Below, one piece after another: positions 13,613-27,465 of a stretch of DNA of 64,000 nt (positions within the stretch are counted from its first letter, which is position 1; each line of letters begins with the position of its first letter). The DNA lies in assembly GCF_018350175.1 (NCBI RefSeq), contig NC_058368.1, positions 187,240,001 through 187,304,000 on the forward strand, read 5' to 3'. Origin of the DNA: Felis catus. Taxonomy: Eukaryota. Under the pieces are notes generated by a model. It saw only the letters and a program-made list of their open reading frames with translations. It ran no database searches and was not told where the DNA came from. The translations under genes and the position numbers were made by a program.

Positions 13613-14773
13613 ATATATTAGTGAAGACTTAAAAATCATTCCCTCTTTTTTAGCTGAGAGGAGAGGATATATGCTAAATTTTATTATTTAGTCCTTATTT
13701 TGTTGGTCTAAGTAAATTTAGCCTTTATATAGATGGTTTTCCATGGAATATAATCTTCAAGTAAATAAAAACGCATTCTGAGTACAAATGAAACTTTTTA
13801 TCCAAATAAAGGAATTTCTAATCCAGGTCAATGGACTCAAGTATCCATGAATTGCTTGAAATGTGCTTTTAAAAATATATTTAGTTAACAACCACTTATA
13901 AGGAAAAACTTAGTATGGAACAGTCATTGTTCTAATGTTTTAGATATATTATCTCATGTAATACCCACCTTAGATAAATATTATTACTAACCCCATACAA
14001 ATAGTGTCATTGAGATACTAAGGTAAGTAGTACTTAATAACTAGTAAATGGCAGAGGTAGGATTTTAACTTAGGTAGTTTGGATATAATTGTATATACAT
14101 GTTTAGATAGGTCAAGGAGAGGACATGGTTATAGAGTTGTTTTTGGTTGTGCCTTATAAAAGAGGGTATAGTGCAAAGAATCAGAGCATCTCATAGAGTC
14201 CAAAGGCAAAGAGAGCAACTAGCCTCACAATGCATTAGAACCAGAGGCTATCAAGTCATCAGGAGCCTTTGCAACCATCTATCTGGTCTCTTAGCTTTTC
14301 TTTGTGTTTTCTCAGCAAGAGTAGCCTATGAACCTTCCCATCAGCTTAAATGTGACCCATCATAGCTGACCAACACACAATCACAGCTTCTTAGCCTTTG
14401 CTATCTGTCTCTCACATTTACCCTTCATCTGTGGTTCCAAGAGATAAATAATGATTAGCCTAAATGGATAGAATTTAAAAGTTTAATTTCTAGAAGATTT
14501 ATTGGATATTTTGAATTGCACTGCAGCAGCCTGTTCAGAACTGTGTGTTCCATGTTCCTTCCTTCATGCCATGATATTCATGGTAATGAACCTTGGCCTT
14601 GGAAAAGGCAAAAGTGTGGGCTTGAACCCAGGGATGATAGCACTGAAGATCTTGCAGAACCCACTTTATACCTTGAAACCTTATTTTCCCCTTTGATAAA
14701 ATCAATATTATAAATCAGGTCAACATCACCATAATTACCTATGAATGTCCATTGCTCAGGAAGTGTTAATATT

Positions 14774-15229
14774 TGAGAGGGAGAAGAATGTCCCACCCCA
14801 GAATGTGCCACTTTGGCATGTGGATTATTTAAAGCTGAGTATAGTCAGGGCCTAGCAGACTCAGAAATAGCTTTTAACCTCCCCCCTCAACTGCCCAAAA
14901 GAATTTAAACAGGGGGTCTGTACTAGGAAGAGAGCTATTACCAGAGATAACTTTTTATATCAGAAAGACTTACCTACGTGTCATGGCAAACATTTGTTTA
15001 CCAAACATTTGCTCTTTATATCTTCCTATGAATTGTCTTCTTTCTCTTTGAAGTCTCAGATCCCTTTTCCTTTTTCTTACCTCAGAGTGGTATATAAGTC
15101 CCAGTTACCTGACTGTCAAGGAGTCTCATGTTTTAGTTTTTCTTCTGCTAATCTGTCCTATGTCAATTTAGTTTTTAGATTAGCCAAAAAACCTAGAATG
15201 GAAGAAGGGAAAATATTTCCACCCTTACA
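14774..15229 (+). mobile_element. ERV1 solo LTR, MER34-like
   Basis: TG...CA termini, 4-bp near-TSD tatt/catt, opening cccaccccagaatgtgccactttggcatg-ggattattt typical of the MER34 group; TATA-like gtatataag near 15090. Confidence 0.7.
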
Positions 15230-16159
15230 CATTCCATGAGGACAGAGCACCATTGTTCACAAATCCCTAGGTGAACACATGAATCCCTAGGTGATACATC
15301 CCAACCTGCGATTCAAAGAGAGCAATGTGTGTACATTGTCCCCAACTTATGAAAGTCCAAGTGGCAACTTTCCTATTTATACTATTTTTATCATAGGTAA
15401 CACAGCACACACACATATACACTCACTCATTGGATGCCACAACTTGTATTAAAATTGGCCTACTCACTACAACCAATGTAGGCACGCTTGCCATTTACCA
15501 TCTGAGTGAATTGGCACCAATAATAATAAGAAAAGGCAATGGACTGAGTCGTGAAGTGGAATAATTTTTGATTAAGGCCTTATAAGCAGACATGCAAATC
15601 ATATGCTTCTTTATCAAAGCTACAATTTTGACCAAGGCAACATCTTGCTTTAAAAAGCTGACAACAAATGTGGTGAAACATCAAAGGAGTTTTCAGCATG
15701 AGTAAAGGATAGTTTGAGCTCTTCAGGAAGAGGAGGCTATATACCCAAAGAAAAGATGCAAATACAGAAAAGAATCAAGGCAAGAATCTTCCAGAAAGTT
15801 CCAGAGTTGAAACTATTGAAGTAAGAGGCTAGCAATTACAGAGTATTTTACATCACAAAGCAAGATCAAGATTTCCTGGTCAAAGCCTGATTGCAGAGGT
15901 TTTCAGGCATACTGACTCATAAAAAAAGTTTAGGAGGGTTGACTTTAATTTAAATTCAGTTCAAAGGACTCTGAAGCAAAGAAGGTTGCTTAAGAAGCTT
16001 GTTAGAGACATATTGGCCAAGATAGGAAGCCAGCATTTTCATTTCAACCTTCATTGCACTCAGATTTTTGTCAAGTCTTTTTAAAAAAAAAAAGGAAATA
16101 CGAGGTAGACTTTATATTCACTATTTGATTTTCACCTTTTTTAGCAAAATATCAAAATT

Positions 16160-17060
16160 TTACTTTAATTTTTTATATATGTAATTTATTATCAAGCTAG
16201 CTAACATACAGTGTAGTGTATACAGTGTGCTCTTGGTTTGGAATGTAGATTCCTGTGATTCATCACTTACATACAACACCCCAGTGCTCATCCCAACAAG
16301 TGCCCTCCTCGATACCCATTTCCCATTTCGTCCATTTCCCCCATTTCCCCCCTCCCCCAAGTCCTCCCACCCATCAACCCTCAGTTTGTTCTCTGTATTA
16401 AGAGTCTCTTATGGTTTACCTCCTTCTCTGTTTGAAACTATTTTTACCCCTTCCCTTCCCCTATGGTCTCCTATTAAGTTTCTCAAGGTCCACATGTGAG
16501 TGAAAACATATGATATGTCTTTCTCTGACTATTTCATTGGCATAATAACCCTCCAGTTCCATCCACATTGTTGAAAGTGGCAGGATTTCATTGCCAAAAC
16601 AGCAGAACAGATCAATGAATCTAAGAGCCATATTTTTGAAAAAATAAACGAAATTGATAAACCCCTATCCAGACTTCTCAAAAAGAGAGAGGACCCAAAT
16701 GGATAAAATCACAAATGAAAGAGGACATATCACAACCAACATTACAGAAATACAAACAATTATTATAGAATACTATGAAAAATTATATGTCAACAAACTG
16801 GACAACCTGGAGGAAATGGACAAATTCCTAGACACCCACACACTACCAAAACTCAAATGGGAAGAAATAGAAAATGTGAACAGACCAATAACCAGTGAAG
16901 AAATTGAATCAGTTACCAAAAATCTCCCAACCAATAAGAGTCCTGGATCAGATGGCTTCCCAGGGGAATTCTACCAGCCATTTAAAGCAGAGTTAATACC
17001 TATTCTTCTCAAACTATTCTAAAAAATAAAAACAGAAGGAAAGCTTCTGGACTGATTTTA
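16160..17060 (-). mobile_element. Carnivore L1 insertion with 5' inversion
   Basis: 16160-16592 is antisense L1 3'UTR/ORF2 end; 16593-17060 is sense ORF2 ([21 protein letters not shown]...[14 protein letters not shown]). Confidence 0.88.
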
Positions 17061-17484
17061 GCTTCTTAATAAATATTTGTAAAAGCACATATTTGAGAGG
17101 TTTTCCCCATCATTTATTTTCATGATTAGTGTTAGGTTTCTATGGTATACAAAGTTTCCATAGGGTAATACTAATTCATAACATCTATCCTATGGAAATA
17201 AGGGCTTCGATTATATCAACTAGATTTGCCTGTAGAAAACCATTAGGTTAGGAGTTACAGCTGAAGCATATTGAGTAGTCATAAGTACCCAGTTCCTTGA
17301 GAGGGTTTTACAGTGCTTCACATTTGATAAGTAAATATCTGTTACTGATAAGGAACTGATAAGTAAATAATTTACTCCTGTTAAAGCAGGCATTCCAAAA
17401 ATGCTGCACTTTGGAACAAACTATCCTAAGTCCAGTAAGGGCTTAAGTTTTCAAGAGGGGAGGCAGTTCTCTTCAAGAAGAGAG

Positions 17485-17829
17485 TGTCAAAAAGAAAAAC
17501 GCAGGCCCAAAATGGTGTCACTTAGACCATGTCACCAAACCAGGGCTTAATACCAATCCTAATTTCAATGTAGTGTTAACTAGGTAAGTGAGGAATTTTC
17601 TGATCAGCATCATTAAGGTATCTGCCACATAGGCCCTCTGCATTCCCAAAGGAAAATGTGTAAACCACCTAAGACCCCTGCCCTTCCCCCTAAAGGAAAG
17701 TGGCCTTACTTGGAACAATACTTTTTAAAATTTTGCTAATAACTTTCTTGTCCCACCCTCCTTCCCATAAAAGCCTTCCATGTCTAACAACTCCTCAGAG
17801 CTCCTCTCTTCAAATTTTTTTCTTTGACA
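17485..17829 (+). mobile_element. Short ERV1-type solo LTR (carnivore LTR-like)
   Basis: Terminal inverted repeat tgtcaaa...tttgaca, near-TSD agag/agtg, caggcccaaaatggtgtcactt opening. Confidence 0.65.
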
Positions 17830-19645
17830 AGTGAAAAAAAGACAGTGAATGAACTACACAAAAGAAGAAGAGATCCTAGAAAACACACATATACCTCCCA
17901 AACGACACATCAGGTCTTATCTTCCACCCAACTTGTCAAATTTTAATATTATCTCATTTTTGCTTTAGAGTTTTTTTTAAAGATTAGAGATATAGTTGAA
18001 GTTTATTGTGTATCCCTCTCTAGTGCCTCATCGTCCCTCCTTCTCTAAATATAACTATTGTCCTAAATGTGATATTATTCCCATACATGTTTTCCTACCA
18101 TAATAAGTATGAATATAAATTCATAAACAATATATAGTATTCTTTTAAGCCTTGTATAAATGGTACCTATGATAGAAACTCTTAGTTTCCTACTGGATAT
18201 TTATTAGTTGACCTACTCAGTATTTACTTTTCTTCTTTATAGAACATGTAGCATATTCTGGGCAACAATGCTCCCTATTAAAGGCCTACTTTTCCCACCT
18301 TCTCTCACAGCTACAGGGATAGCCGGGGAGATGAAAGCAAAGGTCATTGGGCAGGGCTTCTGGGATGACCCTTTAAAGTGACTCAGCTGACAGGTGTACC
18401 TTTTGCTCTTCCTCCTTTTTCCTTCCTACTTGGAGCATAACTGGCAGATGAAACTCCAGTAGCTCTTTGGTTCAGGAGATCACCCTAAGGTCAGAAACCA
18501 GTGCTCAGGATGGTGGAGCAGACAGGTCTGAGTCCTTCATGACCTTGGAGCCTCTGTATCAGCCTTGGACTACCCACCTCTAGACTCATTTTGTGTTATA
18601 AACAAATATCTTGTTCAAGGCACTTTTTGTTGTTAAATGTAGTTGAAACTTACCTGAAATAATAGACAATTGTACTGTATGAATCATCTTCCAAATTAAA
18701 TTTTTTGCTCAACATAATATTTTTGTTGCTCAGCATTCTGAATTTATTTTATAAGACAGGTACAGTGTTTAAATCACCAATTCTAAAATTAGCTGATTTA
18801 CAGCCCAACTCTGTCACTGACAGCTATGAGGCTTGGGGGTAATTACTTACATTTTTCTGTACTTGGTTTGCTCATCTATAAAATGGGGATGATAATAGTA
18901 CCACTGTCAGAAGATTATCAAGAGAATTAAATGAGTTCAGATTTACATGCAAAGTGCTAACAGTACTACCTATAGGAAAATTCTTAAACCTATAGAGAAT
19001 TATTAACTATTATTTTGCTATTTATCCATGATGGTATAGTTCAATTTTAAGTGCCACATAACATTCCATTTTGTAAATATGCTATAATTTATTTTTTCAT
19101 TTTATGTTTGATGTGTATTTAAGTTGTTTCCAGTTTTTAACTTTTACTAAACAATGATACATTGAACATTTCTGAATACATTTCCTGAATTTCTGAATAC
19201 GTATGTGCAAATTTTTCCAGGATACCTACCCAGAAGTAGAAATGCTGAGTCTAGGGGCATGTGCACTTTCAGCCTGGCTTGATAAAGCTAAATTGCTTTC
19301 CAAAGTGGTTGTAACAATTTGTATAAGAAAGTGCTCATTGCATTTTATCTTTGAAAATCTGGATGTAATTAGGATTATTTTTTGCCAGTCTAACGACCTA
19401 GAAAGGTATCACTTTGTTGTTGTTTTTCTTTGCTTTTCCTTGACCACCAATAAAGCTGGAAATAATTTCATGTGATTTAAGCCATTTGGGTTTCCTCATC
19501 GGATAACATCCTGTTCCTATCATTTCTTATTTTTCCCCTGGGTTGTTTATCTTTTCCTTTTTGAATTTGTACATGTAATAGTGTCACAAACATCTCCCCA
19601 TCTGCGACTTGCCTTTCTACAATCTTTAGGGCACAGGAACTTTAA

Positions 19646-19847
19646 ATTTTTTTTTTAATACTTATTTATTTTTGAGAGAGAGAGAGTGGGGCAGGAACAG
19701 AGAGAGAAGATGACACAGAATCTGAAGCAGGCTCCAGGCTCTGAGCTGTCAGCACAGAGCCCAACACAGGGCTCAAACTTATGAACTGTGAGATCATGAC
19801 GTGAGCTAAAGTCAGACACTTAACCAATTGAGCCACCCAGGCACCCC
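19646..19847 (-). mobile_element. CanSINE within an old L1M remnant
   Basis: Near-TSD agggcacaggaactttaa / agggcacagaaaatttaa; antisense SINE body. Confidence 0.92.
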
Positions 19848-21342
19848 AGGGCACAGAAAATTTAATGTAGTCAATTTGTCAACCTTTAATTATTGATATC
19901 TTTGCCTTATGAGTTCCCTCCCTACCACAAGGTCATAAGGATTTTCTCCTATATTTTGTTTTAAATGCTCCCTCCCTGGGATGGAGGTTTTTACTGTACC
20001 CGGAATTTATTTTTTGCATGCAGTGTAAAGTAGAAATTTGTTGTTGTTGTTGCTATAGGAGTTAACGATGATCTCAGCACTACTGACTGAGTAGTCTGTC
20101 TGCACTGATTTGTAAGGCCACATCTGTCACGTATCAAGTCCCCATATGTACGTAAGTCTGTTGCCCAGCTCTCTGGTGTGTATCATTTGTCTATTTGCTA
20201 TTTTGGTGCCAATACGCACTGTCTGAATCTGTCTCCAAGGGGTCTTTAATCCATGAGATAATTCAGGAACCTTGGTTTGTTGGCATCGTGCAGATAAATC
20301 AAATCATAGGATGGATTTTCCCCTGTTCAGACAGCTCTTCCAACACTATGTAGGGCAAGTCTCAGTGCCACGGGAACACAGCAGAAGGGAGAAATAGATT
20401 TAACTCAAACTTGCCTTTTACCTCTCATCTCAATATACATATACATGGTGTTTCAGGTTCTAAAATCCACACACTCATTCTGCCACCAGCAAAGCCTACT
20501 CTTTATGATGTACTCAACAGTCCCCCTCCCCCACTTGCTGGACAGCAAAGCCATTTGTCTTTCTAATAGCCTAGAGGAAAAGATAGGTGCCTAGACAATA
20601 TTTATAGCCTGGATAGTATGAAGCCCTTGTGACAAAGACCATTATATTGGTCTTTATTGGTCACCAAATCTCTACATGCATGACTCTAAAAAGATTGAGA
20701 AAATTGGAAATAAATTATCCACTCACCAAGGGATGTTATCTCCTTGGCTCCTTCATGAAAGGACAGAATGAAGTGATTAGGGGGTGGGAGGGAAGGTGAG
20801 TATAGCTACCTACATGTGTTAATTTGCTTTTTTCTAAATTTCCTATATCAGAATAAAAAGCCAAAGAAAGTATCCTGGAAAGAATTCTAATGGTGTCTTA
20901 TATATAAAATTTTAAAAACCCTGAAACACCCTAAAGATGTTTAAATGGTTGCCAACCCCCCTGGGCACCAGGAAATGTCAGCAGATCTCCTCAGCAGACT
21001 CAATCACAGTCAATCAGACAGGAACACAAAAAGCAAGGCCCAATGTTTTTTTTTTCTAAACATCCAGGTTCTCTCGCCAAGGATTGAGTTTTAATGAAGA
21101 GAGAAGAATTGAGTCTCAGGGACTAAGTCTTCAGAAAGGAAAGATTCCTAAAGGGGTGGGAACTCCTAACCCTCATCAAACAGTCCAGTCAAGGGGACAT
21201 CACTCTTGTCCTTCTCCTTCAAGCTTGTGGTGACAGATTGATTTATCACTATGCTGCTTCTCCACATTTCCATGAGCCTCTGCCATTTTAGCCATAGGAG
21301 TATTTAAGTGATGACACTTGTTTCCCTACTTTTTTTTTTCCA

Positions 21343-21344
<2 letters not shown>

Positions 21345-21392
<48 letters not shown>
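21345..21392. repeat. (TG)n(CG)n microsatellite
   Basis: Direct reading. Confidence 0.95.
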
Positions 21393-23214
21393 CTGTCTCT
21401 GGGTTTACAGGTCTGTGTTTTGTCATAGGAGACTACAGTCATGTTCTCCTTCACAATCTTACCTCCTTCCACACATCCAACTTTGATAAACCTCTTTCCT
21501 ATAGGAAACAGATGAACATGTATGGTGCATTGTTCTTCAGAAAGCTATACATGGATCTGTTTGCCCCTATCCTGAAGATAAAATATGCATATTGCAATAA
21601 ACGAAAAAGTTTATGCAATAAAGTTTATGTGTTGTCACATGCCAATGCAAAGTCTCTGTCCAGACATATTCTTGCTTGAAGTTTAATGAGTCTTATGACA
21701 ACCAGGGAGCCTTTAAGAATCTCAAATGAGGCAAAAATGTTATGATACACTATCCTGGAGAGTCCAGGTTTTCTGCCCTGAAGTGCCAGACTCCTGCATG
21801 TCCATACCAGCTCAAGGGTCCTACTCATAGTGGGAGAGCTAGAAGTAGTGTGGCTCACAGCAGAAAATCACTTAGTATTATTTCAGGTAGGGATAAAGGA
21901 ATATTAAAACAAATGAACGATCCATAAACAAACCTTTGACCAATTGAATTTCTTGATACCAATAACCAAATATCATTGTGGCACTGCGGTCAGGATCTGT
22001 GCTGTTATCTAATTTGAAATGTTCTCTAATTTAAGAAATTTTTAAATGCCCAGGTGAAACACAAAGTCTGTAAATTATTTAATAGTACTGTACCAATGTT
22101 AGCTTCTTATTTTGATAAATGTATCCTGATTCTGTAAGATTAAGAGAATGTCAGGTAAAGGAACTCTCTGTACTATCTTTTGCAAGTTTTCTGTAAGCCT
22201 AAAATTATTCTAAAATCAAAAGTTTATTTTTAAATGAATCATCCAGTGCAATCACAGACGTCTAAAGTTTTAGGAGCAAACACAAATGGCTCACACTGAG
22301 GTAGAAAAACCCAAAGCCAAGCTGTCCAGTCTGTGCATTAGGAAACTGACAGTTCTGCTTCTAATTACCTTTGTGACCTTAAGCAAGTCACCTAACCTTT
22401 CTTCATCAATTTTGTTATTCCAGAGTAAAAGATACATCAGATCAATCTCTAAACATGGAAAAATTCAGAATTATTCGCAGCCATACCCTCCAAGCCACAA
22501 TTTCACCAAATATGAAAATTCAGTATAAACAAATTTAATTCCGCAATCTTCCAACTGACCTAAACAATACAGTTCCACTATGTGCAAATATCAAGTCATT
22601 TCTAAGAAAATAAGGAACTAAAGATTTAGTAATACATAAGGACAGTGTATCAGAAGTAAATATTTGCATGAGATAATATTGAAAGATAAAGAATATTGAA
22701 AGCACAGGAATTGTGATTTTAGAACTGCAGGAAGAGCTTTTGCTAAGAGCTCTAAGAGCATCCTTTTACAAGTACTTTAGTCAGAAAAGCTCCTGAGCAG
22801 TTAAGGACATGTAATCCTGTGTCATGGGAAGGGAGTTTCAGAAACACTTCCCGAATAATTTGTCCATCTCAAAGATCCAGTCAGAATCACTGAGATCTAA
22901 GAAGCCCGAAGTCAAAAACCCTTCTTCATAAATCAGAACAATTTTGTTCTTATGCTTCATAACAGATGTGCACTGCAAACAAAATTAATTTCAAGTTTCA
23001 AGTTTCTTGTGTTAGGGGAGACAAGCATTAGAAAGTTCTAGGGAGAACTTATGTAGTAATACCATAATACCTCAACGGATTGTTTGGAGGGTAAAATGGA
23101 ATAATAGGGTTGAGGTTCCTTGAAATTTTTAAAGATAATATTGAAAAACAATTTTTTTTATTCATCAAAGAAATCAGATACCTCTTGGTGCCTATCATTG
23201 TACTGAGTGGGGAA

Positions 23215-23420
23215 GGAGGTGTAAAGTGCTGATGGTTCCTAGGAGGTGCTGGAGTAAAGTGATGACTGAACTGGCCAAGCCCTGGGGAAGAGTAGTGACT
23301 TTTCCCAGAATTCGCTGTAGGGAGAGAGTGGTCACTGCTTTCAGGAGACACTGGGGGGTTAAAATAGTGACTTTCCCAAGAGACCTGGAGGATAGAGTGA
23401 TGACTGCCCTGTAGAAGCCT
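23215..23420. repeat. Degenerate ~33-bp tandem repeat, about 6 units
   Basis: Recurring GG(N)AGAGTGRTGACT(N)CCC(N)AG(N)CCT-like units. Confidence 0.6.
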
Positions 23421-25144
23421 TCAACCTAGAGAAGCACATAGGCTCAATACACAGAACTAAGAGCTAAAATGGGATAAGGACAGAGTACTATGAAGCACAT
23501 TATTAACCCCTCAATCATACTTCCGGACCAAGGAAGGTTTTCTGGGGGAGGGAACATCTAAGTCATAAAAATGAATGGAAATTAGCTAGGCTTTGGGGGG
23601 TGAGGAGTAGAGAATGCTGCTGGTATTGGTTGTGATGGTGAAAGAGAGAAACAAAAGGAAATAAAATAATTTCCTATGACTAGATAGATCATGAAAGAGA
23701 TGAACAAAAGAGGAGCTGTATCTAGTTCATGGAGGGAAGGACTTGTAAATCATGTTAAAGTTTTGTTCCTTATTCTATTTTGAAAGCTTGGAAGGGTTTT
23801 TGAGCAAGGCAATGAGATGAATGGATTCACAATTTGATGATATCTTTTTTATTTCATTTTGTGAAAACAGATTAGAGAGGAGCAAATTTGGAGAGGGACA
23901 AACTATGAAACTGTTCAAGTAATTGAGGCAAGAGATGAGAGTGGCTTAGACTGATGTGTAGTGGCAATGAGCCCAGAGGTGAGTGGACAGAACTGATAGA
24001 ATGTGTATAGGTTAGAATCAACAGGACATGGTAGTTGATTGGATACATTGGATGAGAGAGAAATCAAAAGGGTAGCTGAAGGGGTAGCATCACCGTTCCA
24101 TGAGATAAGAACTGGGGTCAAATAGCAAGTATAGGAGTAAAGATAATGAGTCTCTTTGGAAGCAAACTGAGCTTGAGATTCTTAAGAGAAATCCAGATGG
24201 TGATTTCCAGTAGAATAATTGGATCTTCCTTGAAACTCCTCCTTATATTGTGAATAGAAGTTTGGAACACATGGAGGCCTTTTGAGAACCTTGTCTTTAC
24301 TATATTAATTTAGTAAGAGAGGAGAAATAATAAATATGAGAGGATTCACTTATTTCTTTGGAAATATGAGAATGTTCAGCCCAAAGCATGGATGAAAAAA
24401 AAAAAACTCAGCCAAAACAGATCTACAAAAAAGCCTCTATTTCTGAAAAGAAAGGATCAGTCACTTAGCAACTATGTGCTTGAGATCTTCCTTTTTATGG
24501 ATAGGCTATCACCTGGGGAGGAAATAGTCTTCTCTCTGGCAAAGTCCCTCATGAGGGCCACTCATCTCCTTGACTTCTGAAAAGTCAGGGTGGGGATTAA
24601 ACCTGAAGCAAAAGTGTTAGAGACACACGTGGGCCTGAGTGATAACCTGCTCCAATTCCCTCATTCATAGTGGAAGGAACTAAGGCCCAGAGAGCCTTGC
24701 TCCTGGTCACACAGCTGGTTAGTGGGATGTATAAACCAGGTGTCAGCCTGGCTTGGCTTACCCTTCCCTTTAAAATCCAAATTAGATGAACTTGAAAAAT
24801 GAAAAACCCTATGCCACTACATGCCTCCCAAATTTCTGAGAATTTTTATGGGACTTATGTTTCTCCTCATAACCTCTGGTTCTGATTTCTAGTATTTGCT
24901 AAGTTTCTTGTTCTCCACTCTTTCTTGTGCCTCTTCTTTTAGCTTCTCCCCTTGACATTGAGCCAAATATGGGAGCAACTCCTTCTTGACTTCTAGACTT
25001 CTAATCAAAGGTTAACATTTATAAAAGTCCATTCAGCACTGTGAAGTTTTACAAACAATTTTAAAGTAACATGAAAAGAACATATATCATATTTCAATAT
25101 CATACATATATTAGTACATATCTGACCTTAAAAAAAAAAGTCTC

Positions 25145-25614
25145 ATATATACAATGGAATATTATTTGGTCATAAAATAGAAGGAAGCCTTGCCATTTGC
25201 AACTACATGCAGTGGATCTTAAGGGCTTTATGCTAAGTGAAATAAATCAGAGGTAAACAAATATAGAGTAATCTCACTTATATGTGGAATCTAAAAAGCA
25301 AAATTTAAAAAAAATGTGCTCATAGAAATAGAGAACAGATTGGTGGTTCCCAGAGGTGGAGGTGGAGGGATGGATGAAATAGGTGAAGGGGGTCAAAATG
25401 TATGAACTTTCAGTTATAAAATAAATAAGTCCTGGGGATGTAACATACAACATATGACTATAGTTAATAACTATATATATAAGGTAACTAAATGTAACTA
25501 TATATATAAGGTAACTATAAGGTAACTATATATATAAGGTAACTAAATATAACTAAATATATAAGGTATTATATATTTAAAAGTTGCTAAGAAAGTGGAT
25601 ATCAAAAAAAAAAA
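25145..25614 (+). mobile_element. L1MA/MB-type 3' end with internal AT-rich minisatellite (25469-25567)
   Basis: atatacaatggaatatta...gccatttgcaac...atgctaagtgaaataaatcag...aaagttgctaag; flanked by A-run + gtc on both sides. Confidence 0.8.
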
Positions 25615-27094
25615 GTCCCTCTACCCTTTTCTGACAACACAAGCACAAACCTGCTGCCATCTTAATCACTATTTCTTGTGCTCTTGCCAACTAATTCTCT
25701 CCTCCTTTCCCTCTCCCTTTTCTTCTTCCCCTTAATTTGTGTTCCCTTACTTTTCATCCCAAGTGCTAATCAGCCTATATTCCCTTCCTAAGGAAACTCT
25801 GGAGGCACCTGCTAAAATATCAGTTTTTCTTACCCCATTTTACAAATCTGGTGCAATTGCTTTGCACTAAGCCAGGTGTCTAGTCCATTTGACCTTGACA
25901 AAGCTTCTCCCAAATTTCCCACTTCCTTCTCACTTGCTGCCTGCCTCACCTCCATCTTTCCTGGAGGTATTAGTGAGCATGTAACTCACATAATCATGCA
26001 TATGTTTGGAGTGAGGTGAACTGAGCCTGTCAGTGTCACTATTGTCTTTTAATTGCTTTCAGCCCTGCAGACTTTGAACAACTTTCTTCACCCTTCAGCT
26101 CAGCACTGATTTATTCAGCTTGTGCAAGCAATTTGTTCACTTTTAATTAGACCCAACTTAATTATTTTGTCAGTAAAGTAAACCAAAAGAATCTATAAAA
26201 CAACTTTTAAGTGAAATCACATTTCTGCCTGAAGGGATATAAAAAATGAAATTATGCATCTCATTTTGCCTGCCTCTTACAAAGAAAAGATTGCCCACAT
26301 TGTCTTTTTATTTCCCAAGATCTTTTGCCTTTATTAAGAAGATACTTGGGAAATCAGGCCTGTAACAGAGGAAAGAAAATGGTTAAAGGTAGATTTCAAT
26401 GGAGGGAAGATATGTGAGTGCATAAGGCAGGGTCTCTCCATGTTTGTTCTTTGGAAGTCACTACTTTACAATGATCTGGGAGCTGGTTAAGAGTACATAT
26501 TTCCCACCCCACCCCTAGAGTGCCTAACTCAGTAGATCCGAGAAGTGGGAATAAGAGACAGAGCTTCTCACTTGCCTCTTCTTGCACATTCTGGACTTAT
26601 CCCTGCTTCTGGATACCCAAGCTTTCTTATTCACTAATAGACCACTTCTGCTTCTCCAGGAAGCTTGCCTTGTCCTCTCCAGTCACCCATATTTTCTTCT
26701 ATCTTTGACAACTTCCAAAGTGTCTATGTTTATTCAATTCCCTGTTCATACCCTGTCCATTACCTTTCCTGTGTATATACCTCATCTCTCCAACCATTTT
26801 GTTGGGGTGGGAAATGTGCATTAGGGAACTTTCTCTCTGCCCTTAGCCAAATACCCTGTATTCAGTTTCATGTTCCCTCTGCTACACTGGTGTTTCCAAC
26901 CTTTCAGAGCCCGAAGACCTCTTTTTTCATAAAATATTTTCATAACCTATACCTAAGAGTTGGTATAATTTTAGTATCATGGATTGAGAAAATACATAAT
27001 AGCAAAAGCTTACCATGAAATCAGTAATGGCTTTAAACAAATTTGCAATATATACATCTCAACCATATCTGCTACACTTAAAAGCAGTGGCTTA

Positions 27095-27465
27095 CATTTG
27101 CAATGGCATGGATGGAACTATAAAGTATAATGCTAAGCAAAATAAATCAGTCAGAGAAAGCCAAATACCATATAATTTCACTCATATGTGGAATTTAAGA
27201 AACCAAACAAACAAGCAAGGGGGAAAAATTAGAGAAACAGAGAGAGAGACAAAGCAAGAATCACTTTTAATTATAGAGAACAAACTGACAGCTTTGAGAA
27301 GGGAGGCAGGTGAGGGAATGGGTTAAATAGGTGATGGGGACTGATGAGTGCACCTGTCATGATGAGCACAAGGTAATGTATGGAAGTGTTTAATCACTAT
27401 ATTGTATACCTGAAACTATTATAACACTGTATGTTAAGTAACTGGAATTAAAATTAAAACTTAAA
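27095..27465 (+). mobile_element. Carnivore L1 3' end fragment
   Basis: catttgcaatggcatggatgga...tttcactcatatgtggaatttaagaaac...gtatacctgaaactattataacactgtatgttaa. Confidence 0.82.

Noticed and set aside
15250-16140. Possible old Tigger-like transposon remnant, with a 20-bp tandem duplication at ~15261-15298
   Set aside because: Too degraded to call by eye; no intact ORF or clear terminal repeats.
16654-17022. 122-aa ORF (and the 135-aa ORF at 35329-35736) as host genes
   Set aside because: Both are L1 ORF2 fragments.
23215-23420. CRISPR-like repeat-spacer array
   Set aside because: Mammalian intron; units are degenerate throughout with no identical repeats separated by unique spacers.
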